A stretch of DNA of 64,000 nucleotides. Origin: Candidatus Aminicenantes bacterium (GTDB taxonomy: Bacteria; Acidobacteriota; Aminicenantia; Aminicenantales; JAFGBC01). Positions within the stretch are counted from its first letter, which is position 1, and each line of letters starts with the position of its first letter. Shown in pieces: positions 49,125 through 57,678 of this stretch. Below the pieces are notes generated by a model. The model was not told the DNA's origin. It ran no database searches and saw only the letters and a list, made by a program, of their open reading frames with translations. Location of the stretch: positions 3,264,001-3,328,000 of the forward strand of contig OY969696.1 in NCBI GenBank assembly GCA_963702005.1, in the 5' to 3' direction. The position numbers were made by a program, and so were the translations under genes.

Positions 49125-49184
49125 GCCGAACGTGCGGCATCAGCGGCGGCGTGTAGCGCCGCCCGCTGCATGCCATTGTTAGGT
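49125..49184 (-). other. attC site (60 bp, canonical)
   Basis: ACCTAAC AAT GGCATGCAGCGGGCGGCG CTACA CGCCGCCGCTGATGCC GCAC GTTCGGC, with two unpaired bases in the left arm. Confidence 0.92.
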
Positions 49185-49194
49185 GGCGTGGCTT

Positions 49195-49470
49195 CTACTT
49201 CTGGTTCGCCTGGATCCACTTGCTGACATCCTCTGGCATTCCATACCAAGCAGACGGCGCTGGAGACACTCCTACATAGAGCTTGTCGTTTGGATCCAGT
49301 GCTTGCCGGAGATGGTCCCGGACCTGCACAGGTGTTGCGTTGGCATAGATCAGATATGCGGAGCCGCCAAGGCGCGCCCAACTCGGGTAGGTCTTGATGA
49401 GCCTGATGAGCCGCTCGTAGTTCTGCCCTGGATTGATGAGGTCATAGCTGATAATCAGGATCTGGTTCAT
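49195..49470 (-). CDS. Small Cas2/VapD-like ferredoxin-fold protein
   Basis: ILIISYDL..PGQNY..LI..IK...W....SAYLI....VRD.L...D.ND.L.V; ATGA overlap with the upstream HEPN gene. Confidence 0.75.
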   Translation of the reverse strand: MNQILIISYDLINPGQNYERLIRLIKTYPSWARLGGSAYLIYANATPVQVRDHLRQALDPNDKLYVGVSPAPSAWYGMPEDVSKWIQANQK

Positions 49471-50222
49471 GCTCGACACCCCAGCTCATACATCTGCTTT
49501 GCTATGAGGGACACGAGCTTGATGCAGTCCTCGGCGTCCTTCTTATTCACAACGTTCTCCTTCGGCGGGTTCTCAGTGAGATTATAATCTCCACGATGAG
49601 CAATTGCGTGACGACGCTCGGTGAACCGGTTGAGGTCCTCTCGCAACTTGTCTTCATTCAACTGAGCCTTGACTGCCACCTCATGGAAAACGTCATCGTA
49701 ACCCACGATGCTGAGCTGCTCCTCGATGTTCTTGGTACCCTGGAATGAGCGCCGCTCAAAATCGCCACGAAACGCCTTCTCGACTCTCTCGAGGAGGTCG
49801 TCTTTCCGGGCAGCATCGATGAGGACATCGTCCTTAAGAAACTTCTTGATCTCCGCGGATAGGGCTGCAGGCAGGGCGACCGCCTTCGAAGCAAGCAGGG
49901 TTCTTGTTCGAGCGATGACAAAATCCCGGACGAACGCGTCGAGCGCGGAGATGGCAAGGACAATCGCTGCCCGGTGGGCGTCGGAGGTGTACTTCTCAGG
50001 CTTGCCGGCTTTACCGTGGACAGCTTCATGGAGCTTGACGAGGTTCCTAGCTCTCTGAATGCAGAGATCAAAGATGTTATACGAATTGAGTGCCCTCTCT
50101 ACCGACGGCGTGGGCGCGAGCATAGCTTTCGTCTCGGTGGCCTTCGGGCCTCCGGACTTCCCGAGGCCCTTGCCTTTCGCTTCGCGCGTCCTGTTCAACG
50201 GAGACGTCACTTCTTCCGCCAC
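49467..50222 (-). CDS. HEPN-domain putative ribonuclease (start uncertain)
   Basis: RAAIVLAISALDAFVRD helix and Rx4H motif RHAIAH; all-helical. Confidence 0.78.
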   Translation of the reverse strand: MAEEVTSPLNRTREAKGKGLGKSGGPKATETKAMLAPTPSVERALNSYNIFDLCIQRARNLVKLHEAVHGKAGKPEKYTSDAHRAAIVLAISALDAFVRDFVIARTRTLLASKAVALPAALSAEIKKFLKDDVLIDAARKDDLLERVEKAFRGDFERRSFQGTKNIEEQLSIVGYDDVFHEVAVKAQLNEDKLREDLNRFTERRHAIAHRGDYNLTENPPKENVVNKKDAEDCIKLVSLIAKQMYELGCRA

Positions 50223-50245
50223 CTAACAATGTTTATATCGATCCA
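50221..50245 (-). other. attI-like site at the head of the array
   Basis: GATCGATATAAACATT-GTTAGGT, with no attC hairpin upstream; resembles TATAATCATT-GTTAGGC at 47777-47793. Confidence 0.5.
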
Positions 50246-50422
50246 GATAATACCCCAGACATGGTATCGATTGCCATATAAGATGCCTTCGGAAAAGGCC
50301 GCGGTTCGTGTCCAAAGTGAATATCATCTTATCCGGCCCTTTCGAGGAAAGGGTAATACCGGCGCGACGGAAAGTCAACATATTGTAGATGCCGGCGAAT
50401 TTGTTATAATGAGGCGCCGCAA

Positions 50423-52360
50423 ATGATATCTTTCAAAACCGCTTTAAAAAAAAAGATTTACGAAAAGCTCAAGACTGCTTATCCGCTCGCACTCTCAGAC
50501 ATCGATCTCAATCCCGCGCCGCAGCAGAAGCTGGGCGATTACGCCATGGCCTTCCCCTTCGCGCTGGCCAAACAGCTCAAGCAGCCGCCCCGCAAGATCG
50601 CCGAAGCCATCGCTCCCCTCCTCTCTGGTCTCGAAGGCGTCGCCAAAGTCGAAGTCGCCGGCGGCGGCTACGTCAATCTGTTCCTAGATCGGGTTGCCTT
50701 TTTTTCAGGGGCCAGGCGCACAATCGTCAGCTCCGGCCTCTCGCCCCAAGAGCGAAAGATCATAGTCGAGCACACCAACATTAATCCCAACAAGGCCGCC
50801 CACATCGGCCATCTCAGAAATGCCTGCCTGGGCGATACCCTGGTCCGATGCTTGAAATATTCGGGCGAAACCGTCGAAACCCAGAATTACATCGACGACA
50901 CCGGCGTCCAGGTCGTGGATGTCGTCTTCGGATTCATGGAGCTCGAGAAGAAATCCCTGGCCGCGGTCGAGGCCCTCTCCGGGAAATTCGACTTCTACTG
51001 CTGGGACCTCTATGCCCGGACGGCGGCGTACCTGGCCGAGCATACGGAGGCCCAGCCCCGCAAGACCGCGATCCTCAAGAGAATCGAGCACGGCGAGGGC
51101 GAGGAAGGGTCCATGGCCCGCCACGTCTCGCGGCGGATAATCCAGGCGCACCTCGCCACCATGAAGCGCCTCGACATCAGCTACGACGTCCTACCCTGCG
51201 AAAGCAGCATCCTCGGCCTCGAGTTTTGGGAAAAAGCCTTCACGACCTTGAAACAGCGGCAGGCCATCTACTTCTCGGCCGAGGGAGAAACAAAAGGCTG
51301 CTGGGTTATGAAGCTCGAGGACGAGACCGACAAGGAAAAGATCATCGTCCGCTCGGACGGGACCGTGACCTACGTCGGCAAAGACATCGCTTACCAGCTT
51401 TGGAAGTTCGGGCTCCTCGAACGGGACTTCCACTACGAGCCGTTCCAAAAGGATAACGGCCATACGCTTTGGATCACGACGACCGTTCCGCATCCGGGGG
51501 AGCCCTCGTTCGGCGCCGCCTCCAAGGTCTATAATGTCATCGACACCCGGCAGTCCTACCTCCAGAAGGTCGTCTACCAGGGGCTGCGCTCCCTCCACTT
51601 CGACGAGCAGGCCGCGAAATCCGTCCATTTCTCCTACGAGATGGTCGCCCTCTCCCCCAAGAGCCTCAAGGAGCTGGGGATGGAGCTCGCGGCCGAGGAC
51701 AAAGACAAGACCTTTCTCGAGGTTTCGGGTCGGAAGGGGTTGGGCGTCAAGGCCGACGACCTCCTGGACCGGCTCGAAGGGAAGGCCCGGGCCGAGGTCG
51801 AGAAGCGGAATCCCGACCTCCCGGTCGACGAAAAAACGGCCATCTCCCGCCATATCGCCTGCGGGGCGCTCCGCTACTTCATGATCAAGTTCGCCCGGAA
51901 CTCGCTCATCATCTTCGATTTCGAGGAAGCGCTGAGCTTCGAGGGCGAGACCGGCCCTTACCTCCAGTACACGCTCGTTCGCCTCAACAGCATCTTCCGT
52001 AAGCTCGAGGAGCGGGAGGGGATCAAGGCTGACGATGTCGGCGGGCGGGGTCTATTAGCGCCCGCGTCCCTTGCGGCGCTCTCCGAAACTGAGGCGGGCG
52101 ATTTCTGGGATCTCGTGTTCTACGCCTCGCAATTCGACGAGGAAGTCCTCCGCTCCATCCAATCGCTCGAGTTCTCGCACCTGGCCAAGTTCACCTTCAA
52201 CCTCTGCCAAAAGCTCAACGCCTACTACCATGTCTACCCCGTACTAAACGAGGAAAACAAGGAGCTTAAGGATATCCGCCTCCTGACGATCCACTATATC
52301 CGGGAGACGCTGAGGAAGGCCCTGGATCTTATGGGCATCCCGGCGCCGACGAAGATGTGA
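50423..52360 (+). CDS. argS: Arginine--tRNA ligase
   Basis: VEHTNINPNKAAHIGHLRN, RSDGTVTY, FEGETGPYLQY, DALR tail; TGnTATAAT at 50402-50410. Confidence 0.96.
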   Translation: MISFKTALKKKIYEKLKTAYPLALSDIDLNPAPQQKLGDYAMAFPFALAKQLKQPPRKIAEAIAPLLSGLEGVAKVEVAGGGYVNLFLDRVAFFSGARRTIVSSGLSPQERKIIVEHTNINPNKAAHIGHLRNACLGDTLVRCLKYSGETVETQNYIDDTGVQVVDVVFGFMELEKKSLAAVEALSGKFDFYCWDLYARTAAYLAEHTEAQPRKTAILKRIEHGEGEEGSMARHVSRRIIQAHLATMKRLDISYDVLPCESSILGLEFWEKAFTTLKQRQAIYFSAEGETKGCWVMKLEDETDKEKIIVRSDGTVTYVGKDIAYQLWKFGLLERDFHYEPFQKDNGHTLWITTTVPHPGEPSFGAASKVYNVIDTRQSYLQKVVYQGLRSLHFDEQAAKSVHFSYEMVALSPKSLKELGMELAAEDKDKTFLEVSGRKGLGVKADDLLDRLEGKARAEVEKRNPDLPVDEKTAISRHIACGALRYFMIKFARNSLIIFDFEEALSFEGETGPYLQYTLVRLNSIFRKLEEREGIKADDVGGRGLLAPASLAALSETEAGDFWDLVFYASQFDEEVLRSIQSLEFSHLAKFTFNLCQKLNAYYHVYPVLNEENKELKDIRLLTIHYIRETLRKALDLMGIPAPTKM

Positions 52361-52456
52361 ATTCTGGGGACACGCACCAGAATTCAAGAGAATTCTAGAG
52401 CATGTCCCCAGAATTCGAATATGTCCCCGGAAATCGAACATGTCCCCGGAATTCGA
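52359..52456. repeat. REP-like palindrome, GGGGACA family, copy B with tandem right arms
   Basis: GAATTCTGGGGACA...TGTCCCCAGAATTC plus three ~19-bp tandem ATGTCCCCRGAAWTCGA units, between convergent genes. Confidence 0.85.
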
Positions 52457-52459
52457 CGA

Positions 52460-53865
52460 TTACTTCTTATACTCGTAGGCGCCGATATCCGGGTTGGTGC
52501 GCGTGGCGCCCGTGATATCGTAGGACACCGTGTAGGCGTCGATGGCCTTGTCGATCAGCGGAGATCCCGCCGTTAAGGCGTAGGAGCCGGACTTAAACAG
52601 TGGCGCCACGGCCAGGTTGCCCCCAGGTCGACATACGTGCCGAAAATCGTCCCCTGGGTGTTGCCGAAAGTATCGTTTCCGCCTAACCTGGCGTGTTTGC
52701 TGGACTCATCCAGGGAAATGCCGCAGCTAGCGTTCGAGCAGAAGATGTTATTGGCGACCAGGCTCCGGTCTCCCCCCGACGTATCGTTTCCCTGCAGCGT
52801 CAATCCGTGCCACCCCCCGTGCGAGACGGTGTTGAAGGCGATCGTGTTCACGCCGCCCCCCGAAGAGATGCTGGTTGTTGTATTATTCGCCAAAAGATTA
52901 TTGATGACGGTATTTCGGGTCGATTCGAGAATCAGGGCATTTTCATTGGCGATAAATCGGTTGGAATCTATCGTGGACTTCTCGACGCCTTGGAGGCTCG
53001 CATAACCGACAAGTCCCCGGATGTTGGACTGAAAGGTATTCGCGCGGATCGTGCACTTGTCGGTTCCGCCATAGCGCGCCCACTGGGATATCCCCCACAT
53101 GTTATTTTTAAATGTGTTATTCTGAATCAGGGAGGCTGAGATGCGGATATTCCCCGCCGGAGCGGCATAGATATTAATACCGACCTTATTGCCGCTGAAG
53201 GTGTTTTTTTCCACGGTGCACGAGGCGACGGACACATAATCAATTCCGGATCCGCCGGGGACCGAAAACAGGCATCCGGTCACCGTTTCAGGCGCTCCCG
53301 CCCCGGCCCCCGAAAGACCGATCGGCGTCGTCGCCTTGAAGAAGGATTTCTTAATAATCGGACGGCCTTTGCGGACTATGAGTGAGGAGACGACTGCCTC
53401 CCCTTTGAACTCGACGTTGTCAAAGGTGGGGCTGCCGCTGACGATATCGACTTGGTAGCTGCCGCCGTTGAGGAAGGTCATCGATTTGACAGCCGTGTTC
53501 GTGGGCGTCGAGGCCTTGACGTCAATCCTCAGAGACACAACCGTATTGAGGCATTTCAGAATCGTCTTGCCCCTGCCGGCCCCGACGATGATCAGCGGGT
53601 GATCGACATTGATCCCCGTATAGAGCCCTCCGGGCGAAATGTTGAAGTTTCCGGAAGCCAGCCTGATCGTATCGCCCGCGGCCGACCTGGACTCGACCAG
53701 GGTCCTGAGATCGCCGGGGTCCGCGGCGCTCGTCCCCGAGCCCGTCGCGCCCGGCGCGGCATACCAGGTCGCGGCCTCGACCCGAACGGCACCGGCGGCT
53801 AGCAAGATTGCCGCCAGAAACAGAATAACAGTGGATGAAAATATACTCCCTGAATATCTCCTCAT
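52460..53865 (-). CDS. Secreted right-handed beta-helix (NosD-like) protein (frameshift at run 52620-52624)
   Basis: Signal peptide and beta-helix repeats; adding one G restores GGNLAVAPLF...LTAGSPLIDKA...PDIGAYEYKK*. Confidence 0.8.
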
Positions 53866-54040
53866 AGCTCCTCCTCTCTCAATAGCTTTTCTGGCTCAAT
53901 TCGCGGCCATGCTATCACACTGAAGACCGCACCGTCAACGTTCCACTAAAACCCCCCAACTATGTTTATTTCTATCATAATCAATAAGATAGACGCTTTT
54001 CGGGGCAGGGGCCGCTTCTGTGCTTTCGACACCGTTCAAA

Positions 54041-54087
54041 TCGGTGACAGACACCAAATTCCAGAGAATTTGGGAGTCAGTCATCGA
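54041..54087. repeat. Degenerate palindrome related to the GGGGACA family
   Basis: TCGGTGACAGACACCAAATTC / GAATTTGGGAGTCAGTCATCGA imperfect arms. Confidence 0.55.
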
Positions 54088-54143
54088 GTCTCGGCTGCAA
54101 CGCCCGTAAGGTTTCGAGAGTTAACAATTTCTTGGGCAAGGCT

Positions 54144-54172
54144 TTGTCTGGAGGCCCGAGTTTGGCTATAAT
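54144..54172 (+). promoter_or_regulatory. Putative sigma70 promoter of the ABC operon
   Basis: TTGTCT-N17-TATAAT. Confidence 0.55.
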
Positions 54173-54196
54173 AGCCACTGTTTTACGCAATGAAGA

Positions 54197-54304
54197 GAAT
54201 TCAGGGGACACGCGCCAGAATTCGGACACCGAAGAATTCCGGGGACACGATACCGAATCAAGAGATTCGGTTCATGTCCCCGGAATTCGGCAATCCCCCT
54301 GAAT
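54197..54304. repeat. Nested REP-like palindromes, GGGGACA family, copy C
   Basis: Outer GAATTCAGGGG...CCCCTGAAT encloses GAATTCCGGGGACA(54234-47)...TGTCCCCGGAATTC(54275-88). Confidence 0.85.
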
Positions 54305-54325
54305 AACCATGAAAGGAGGTTTTGG

Positions 54326-55252
54326 ATGATTGAAGTGGCAGGACTCACCAAGAAATACGGTGACCTGCTGGCCGTTAAGGACCTGAACTTCAAGGTCGAC
54401 AAAGGCAAGATCTGGGGTCTCCTGGGTCCCAACGCGGCCGGCAAAACGACGACGATGCGGATTCTGACCGGGTTCCTCCCCGCCACGGACGGTAAAGCCG
54501 TCGTCGCGGGCTACGACGTCTTCGAGCAACCCAACGAAGTCAAGCGGATCACCGGATATCTCCCCGAAGTCGTCCCCCTCTACCCCGAGATGACGGTCGC
54601 CGACTATCTGAAGTTCGTGGCCGAGATCAAGCAGGTTCCCGCATCGAAGAAGAAAGCGGCCATGGACAGGGCCGTCGAGGCCACCGAGCTCAAGGATGTC
54701 CGAGGACGCCTGATCAAGAACATCTCGAGAGGCTTCAAGCAGAGGGTTGGGATCGCCCAGGCCCTTATCAACGACCCCCAGGTCCTGATCCTGGACGAGC
54801 CCACGATCGGCCTCGATCCGGCCCAGATCATCGAGATCCGCAAGCTTATCAAGTCCCTCAAGGGCGAGCACACCATCATGCTCTCGACCCACATCCTGGC
54901 CGAGGTCACCCAGACCTGCGACGGAGCGACGATTATCAACGAGGGGAAGCTCATGGCCTCGGGGACGCTCGACGAGATCGCCGCTTCGGTCAAGGTCCGC
55001 GAGGGCGTCGTCCTCAAGCTCCGCAAGGGAGGCGAGGAAGCGGCATCCCTAATGCGCAAGGTCGCCGGCGTCGATAAGGTCGGACGCTCCGACAAGGAAT
55101 ACACCATCGAGTGGTCCATGGGGCAAGACCCGCGCGAGGGCCTGGTCCGGCTGGCCGTCGACAAAGGCTGGGGCCTCATCGAGATGCGCTCCCTGGCCAT
55201 GAACATCGAGGACCTCTACCTCAAGATCGTCTCGGGAGGGACGGCCCAATGA
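54326..55252 (+). CDS. ABC transporter ATP-binding protein (GldA-like)
   Basis: GPNAAGKTT, ISRGFKQRVG, LILDEPT.GLDP. Confidence 0.93.
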   Translation: MIEVAGLTKKYGDLLAVKDLNFKVDKGKIWGLLGPNAAGKTTTMRILTGFLPATDGKAVVAGYDVFEQPNEVKRITGYLPEVVPLYPEMTVADYLKFVAEIKQVPASKKKAAMDRAVEATELKDVRGRLIKNISRGFKQRVGIAQALINDPQVLILDEPTIGLDPAQIIEIRKLIKSLKGEHTIMLSTHILAEVTQTCDGATIINEGKLMASGTLDEIAASVKVREGVVLKLRKGGEEAASLMRKVAGVDKVGRSDKEYTIEWSMGQDPREGLVRLAVDKGWGLIEMRSLAMNIEDLYLKIVSGGTAQ

Positions 55253-56016
55253 ACAGCATCTGGACGATCGCCAAGAAAGAGATCAAGACTTACTTCAGCT
55301 CCCCGATCGCCTACGCCGTCATCTTCGTCTTCTCGGCCCTGGTCGGGTTCTTCTTCTACAGCATCATGTGGTGGTTCAACTCCCAGGCCATGCAGATGGC
55401 CCAGAACCCCACCTACTACCAGCAGCTCAACATCAACCAGATGGTCTACTCGCCGCTGTTCGGGAACATGAGCATCATCCTGCTCTTGATGCTCCCGCTC
55501 CTGACCATGCGGCTGTTCTCGGAGGAAAAGAGGAGCGGGACCGAAGAGCTCCTTTACACCTCGCCCTTGAGCGTCTGGCAGATCATCCTGGGCAAGTACC
55601 TGGCCTCGCTCATCGTCCTGCTGACCATGCTCGGGTTGACCGGGATCCTGTCCATCTTCACCTTCGCCTACGGGAACCCCGAGCTCCTCCCGCTCCTGTC
55701 CGGCTACCTGGGCCTGTTCCTGATGGGGGCGGCCTTCATCGCGGTCGGGATCTTCTTCTCGTCGCTGACCGAGAACCAGATCGTCTCGGCCATCCTGACC
55801 TTCGGCGCCCTCCTCCTGTTCTGGGTGCTCAACTGGGCCTCGTCCTCCGCGGGCGGGGTCGGCAAGAGCGTCCTCGACTACCTGTCCATCTTCCAACACT
55901 TCGACGACTTCACCAAGGGGATCGTGGACACGACCCACCTCGTCTACTACGTGAGCTTCGCCTTCCTGGGTCTGTTCCTGACCCACTCCGTCATCCAATC
56001 CCGCCGCTGGAGGTAA
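55249..56016 (+). CDS. ABC-2 permease (GldF-like)
   Basis: YFSSPIAY, TMRLFSEEKRSGTEELL, SSLTENQIVS. Confidence 0.9.
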   Translation: MNSIWTIAKKEIKTYFSSPIAYAVIFVFSALVGFFFYSIMWWFNSQAMQMAQNPTYYQQLNINQMVYSPLFGNMSIILLLMLPLLTMRLFSEEKRSGTEELLYTSPLSVWQIILGKYLASLIVLLTMLGLTGILSIFTFAYGNPELLPLLSGYLGLFLMGAAFIAVGIFFSSLTENQIVSAILTFGALLLFWVLNWASSSAGGVGKSVLDYLSIFQHFDDFTKGIVDTTHLVYYVSFAFLGLFLTHSVIQSRRWR

Positions 56017-56019
56017 GCC

Positions 56020-57678
56020 GTGGACAAGATCAAGAACAACCTCAATTCGATCGGGCTGACGCTCATCCTGGCGGCCGTCGTCGCCATCAAGATCTGGCCC
56101 TATAAAAAGATCATCCCCGTCGTCCTGGCCGTCCTGGGGATCGCGGCCCTGGGCGTCTACATCGCCCTGAACCTGTCCTCGCTCAAGAAGGGCTTCAAGC
56201 GGAAATCCTTCCTGTACTCCTCGAACCTGGCGCTGGTCATCATCCTGGTGCTGGCCATCGTCGTCCTCTTCAACGTCATCCTGGCCCGCAACCACCACCG
56301 CTTCGACTTCACCCAGGCCAAGCTCCATTCGCTGTCCGACCAGTCGGTGACCGTCCTCAAGGCCCTCAAGAATGACATTATGGTCCGCTGCTTCTTCCGG
56401 GAGGGAAACTACGGCCGGGCGGCCATGGAGAACGTCCTCAAGAACTATGCCTACCATTCGAACAAGATCAAATACGAATTCATCGATCCCGACAAGAACC
56501 CGGGCCTGGTCAAGCGCTACGACGTGACCCAGGACGGGACGTCGATCTTCGAGGCCGGCGATAAAGAGAATCGGATCACGACGACGACCGAGGAGGACGC
56601 CACCAACGCCCTGATCAAGGTCACCCGGGAACGGAAGAAGACGATCTACTTCCTGGAGGGGCACGGCGAACACCCGATCGATGGCAGCGACGAGATCGGC
56701 TATTCGAACGCCAAGGGCGAGCTCGAGAAGCTCGGTTACGAGGTCAAAAAGCTGGCCTTGGCTCTGGCCGACAACTTCCCCAAGGACTGCGCCCTGCTCG
56801 TCATCCCCGGCCCCTCGAAGGACCTCCTCCCCAACGAGATGGAGACGATCAAGAACTATCTCGAGACGGGCGGCCGGGTCTTCTTTATGAGCGACCCCGA
56901 GACAGCGACCGGCCTCATCCCCTACCTCCGCCAGTTCGGAGTCAAACTCGAAAACGACCTCGTCGTCGACACCGTGTCGCGCCTTCTGGGCGGCGACTAC
57001 TTCATGCCGGTCGTGACCGAATACGACTACCACGAGATCACCAAGAATTTCCGCTACGCGACCTTCTTTCCGTTCGCCCGCTCGGTGGACGCCATGACCG
57101 AGGGTAAGCCCGAAAGCGTGACGCTCACGGTCATCGCCAAAACCAGCCCCAACGCCTGGTCCGAGCGCGAGCTCGACAAGAAGGAAGTCACCTTCGATAA
57201 GGATAAAGATAAGCAGGGACCCATCCCGCTCGCCGTCGTGGGCACGGTCAAGAACAAGGCCGAGGAGAAGAAGGCCGAGGAGCCCGAAAAGAAAGAAGAA
57301 GCAGCCGGAACGAAGACCGAATCCAAGACCGAAGTCAAACCCGCCGCAACAAAAGAGGAAAAGGCCGCGGCCGCGCCCAAGCCCGAAGAACCCGCCGCGC
57401 CCAAGGGCGACGGACGGCTGGCCGTCTTCGGCGATTCCGATTTCGCCTCGAACCGCTACTACGGCATGTCCGGCAACGGAAACTTCTTCCTGAACACCGT
57501 CAACTGGCTGACCGAGGAATCCGACCTCATCTCGATCCAGCCCAAGACCCAGAACCCGCGGACGATCGAGCTCAGCCCGTCCCAGGGCCGGCTCCTGTTC
57601 TTCGTGTCCGTCGTCCTCATTCCGCTCCTCGTCCTCGTCCTGGGCGTTTCGATCTGGATCAGGAGGCGAACGCTATGA
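56020..57678 (+). CDS. GldG-family ABC auxiliary protein
   Basis: DFTQAKLHSLSDQS, IYFLEGHGE, VFGDSDF..N, GNGNFFLNTVNWL. Confidence 0.88.
   Translation: MDKIKNNLNSIGLTLILAAVVAIKIWPYKKIIPVVLAVLGIAALGVYIALNLSSLKKGFKRKSFLYSSNLALVIILVLAIVVLFNVILARNHHRFDFTQAKLHSLSDQSVTVLKALKNDIMVRCFFREGNYGRAAMENVLKNYAYHSNKIKYEFIDPDKNPGLVKRYDVTQDGTSIFEAGDKENRITTTTEEDATNALIKVTRERKKTIYFLEGHGEHPIDGSDEIGYSNAKGELEKLGYEVKKLALALADNFPKDCALLVIPGPSKDLLPNEMETIKNYLETGGRVFFMSDPETATGLIPYLRQFGVKLENDLVVDTVSRLLGGDYFMPVVTEYDYHEITKNFRYATFFPFARSVDAMTEGKPESVTLTVIAKTSPNAWSERELDKKEVTFDKDKDKQGPIPLAVVGTVKNKAEEKKAEEPEKKEEAAGTKTESKTEVKPAATKEEKAAAAPKPEEPAAPKGDGRLAVFGDSDFASNRYYGMSGNGNFFLNTVNWLTEESDLISIQPKTQNPRTIELSPSQGRLLFFVSVVLIPLLVLVLGVSIWIRRRTL

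Larger units (their letters stand above)
47255..50245 (-). mobile_element. Integron gene-cassette array lacking an integrase (CALIN)
   Basis: Three attC sites separate co-oriented, compositionally atypical genes; each cassette's start core is the reverse complement of its own end core. Confidence 0.88.

Noticed and set aside
49195-49470. CRISPR-Cas locus suggested by the Cas2-like gene
   Set aside because: No cas1 or other cas genes and no repeat-spacer array are present; the gene lies inside an attC-bounded cassette.
50228-50422. Integron integrase or remnant (ORF 49974-50426 +)
   Set aside because: No tyrosine recombinase motifs; the ORF is mostly antisense to the HEPN gene.
52359-52456. 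Mini CRISPR array
   Set aside because: The units are directly tandem without unique spacers and belong to the dispersed palindrome family.
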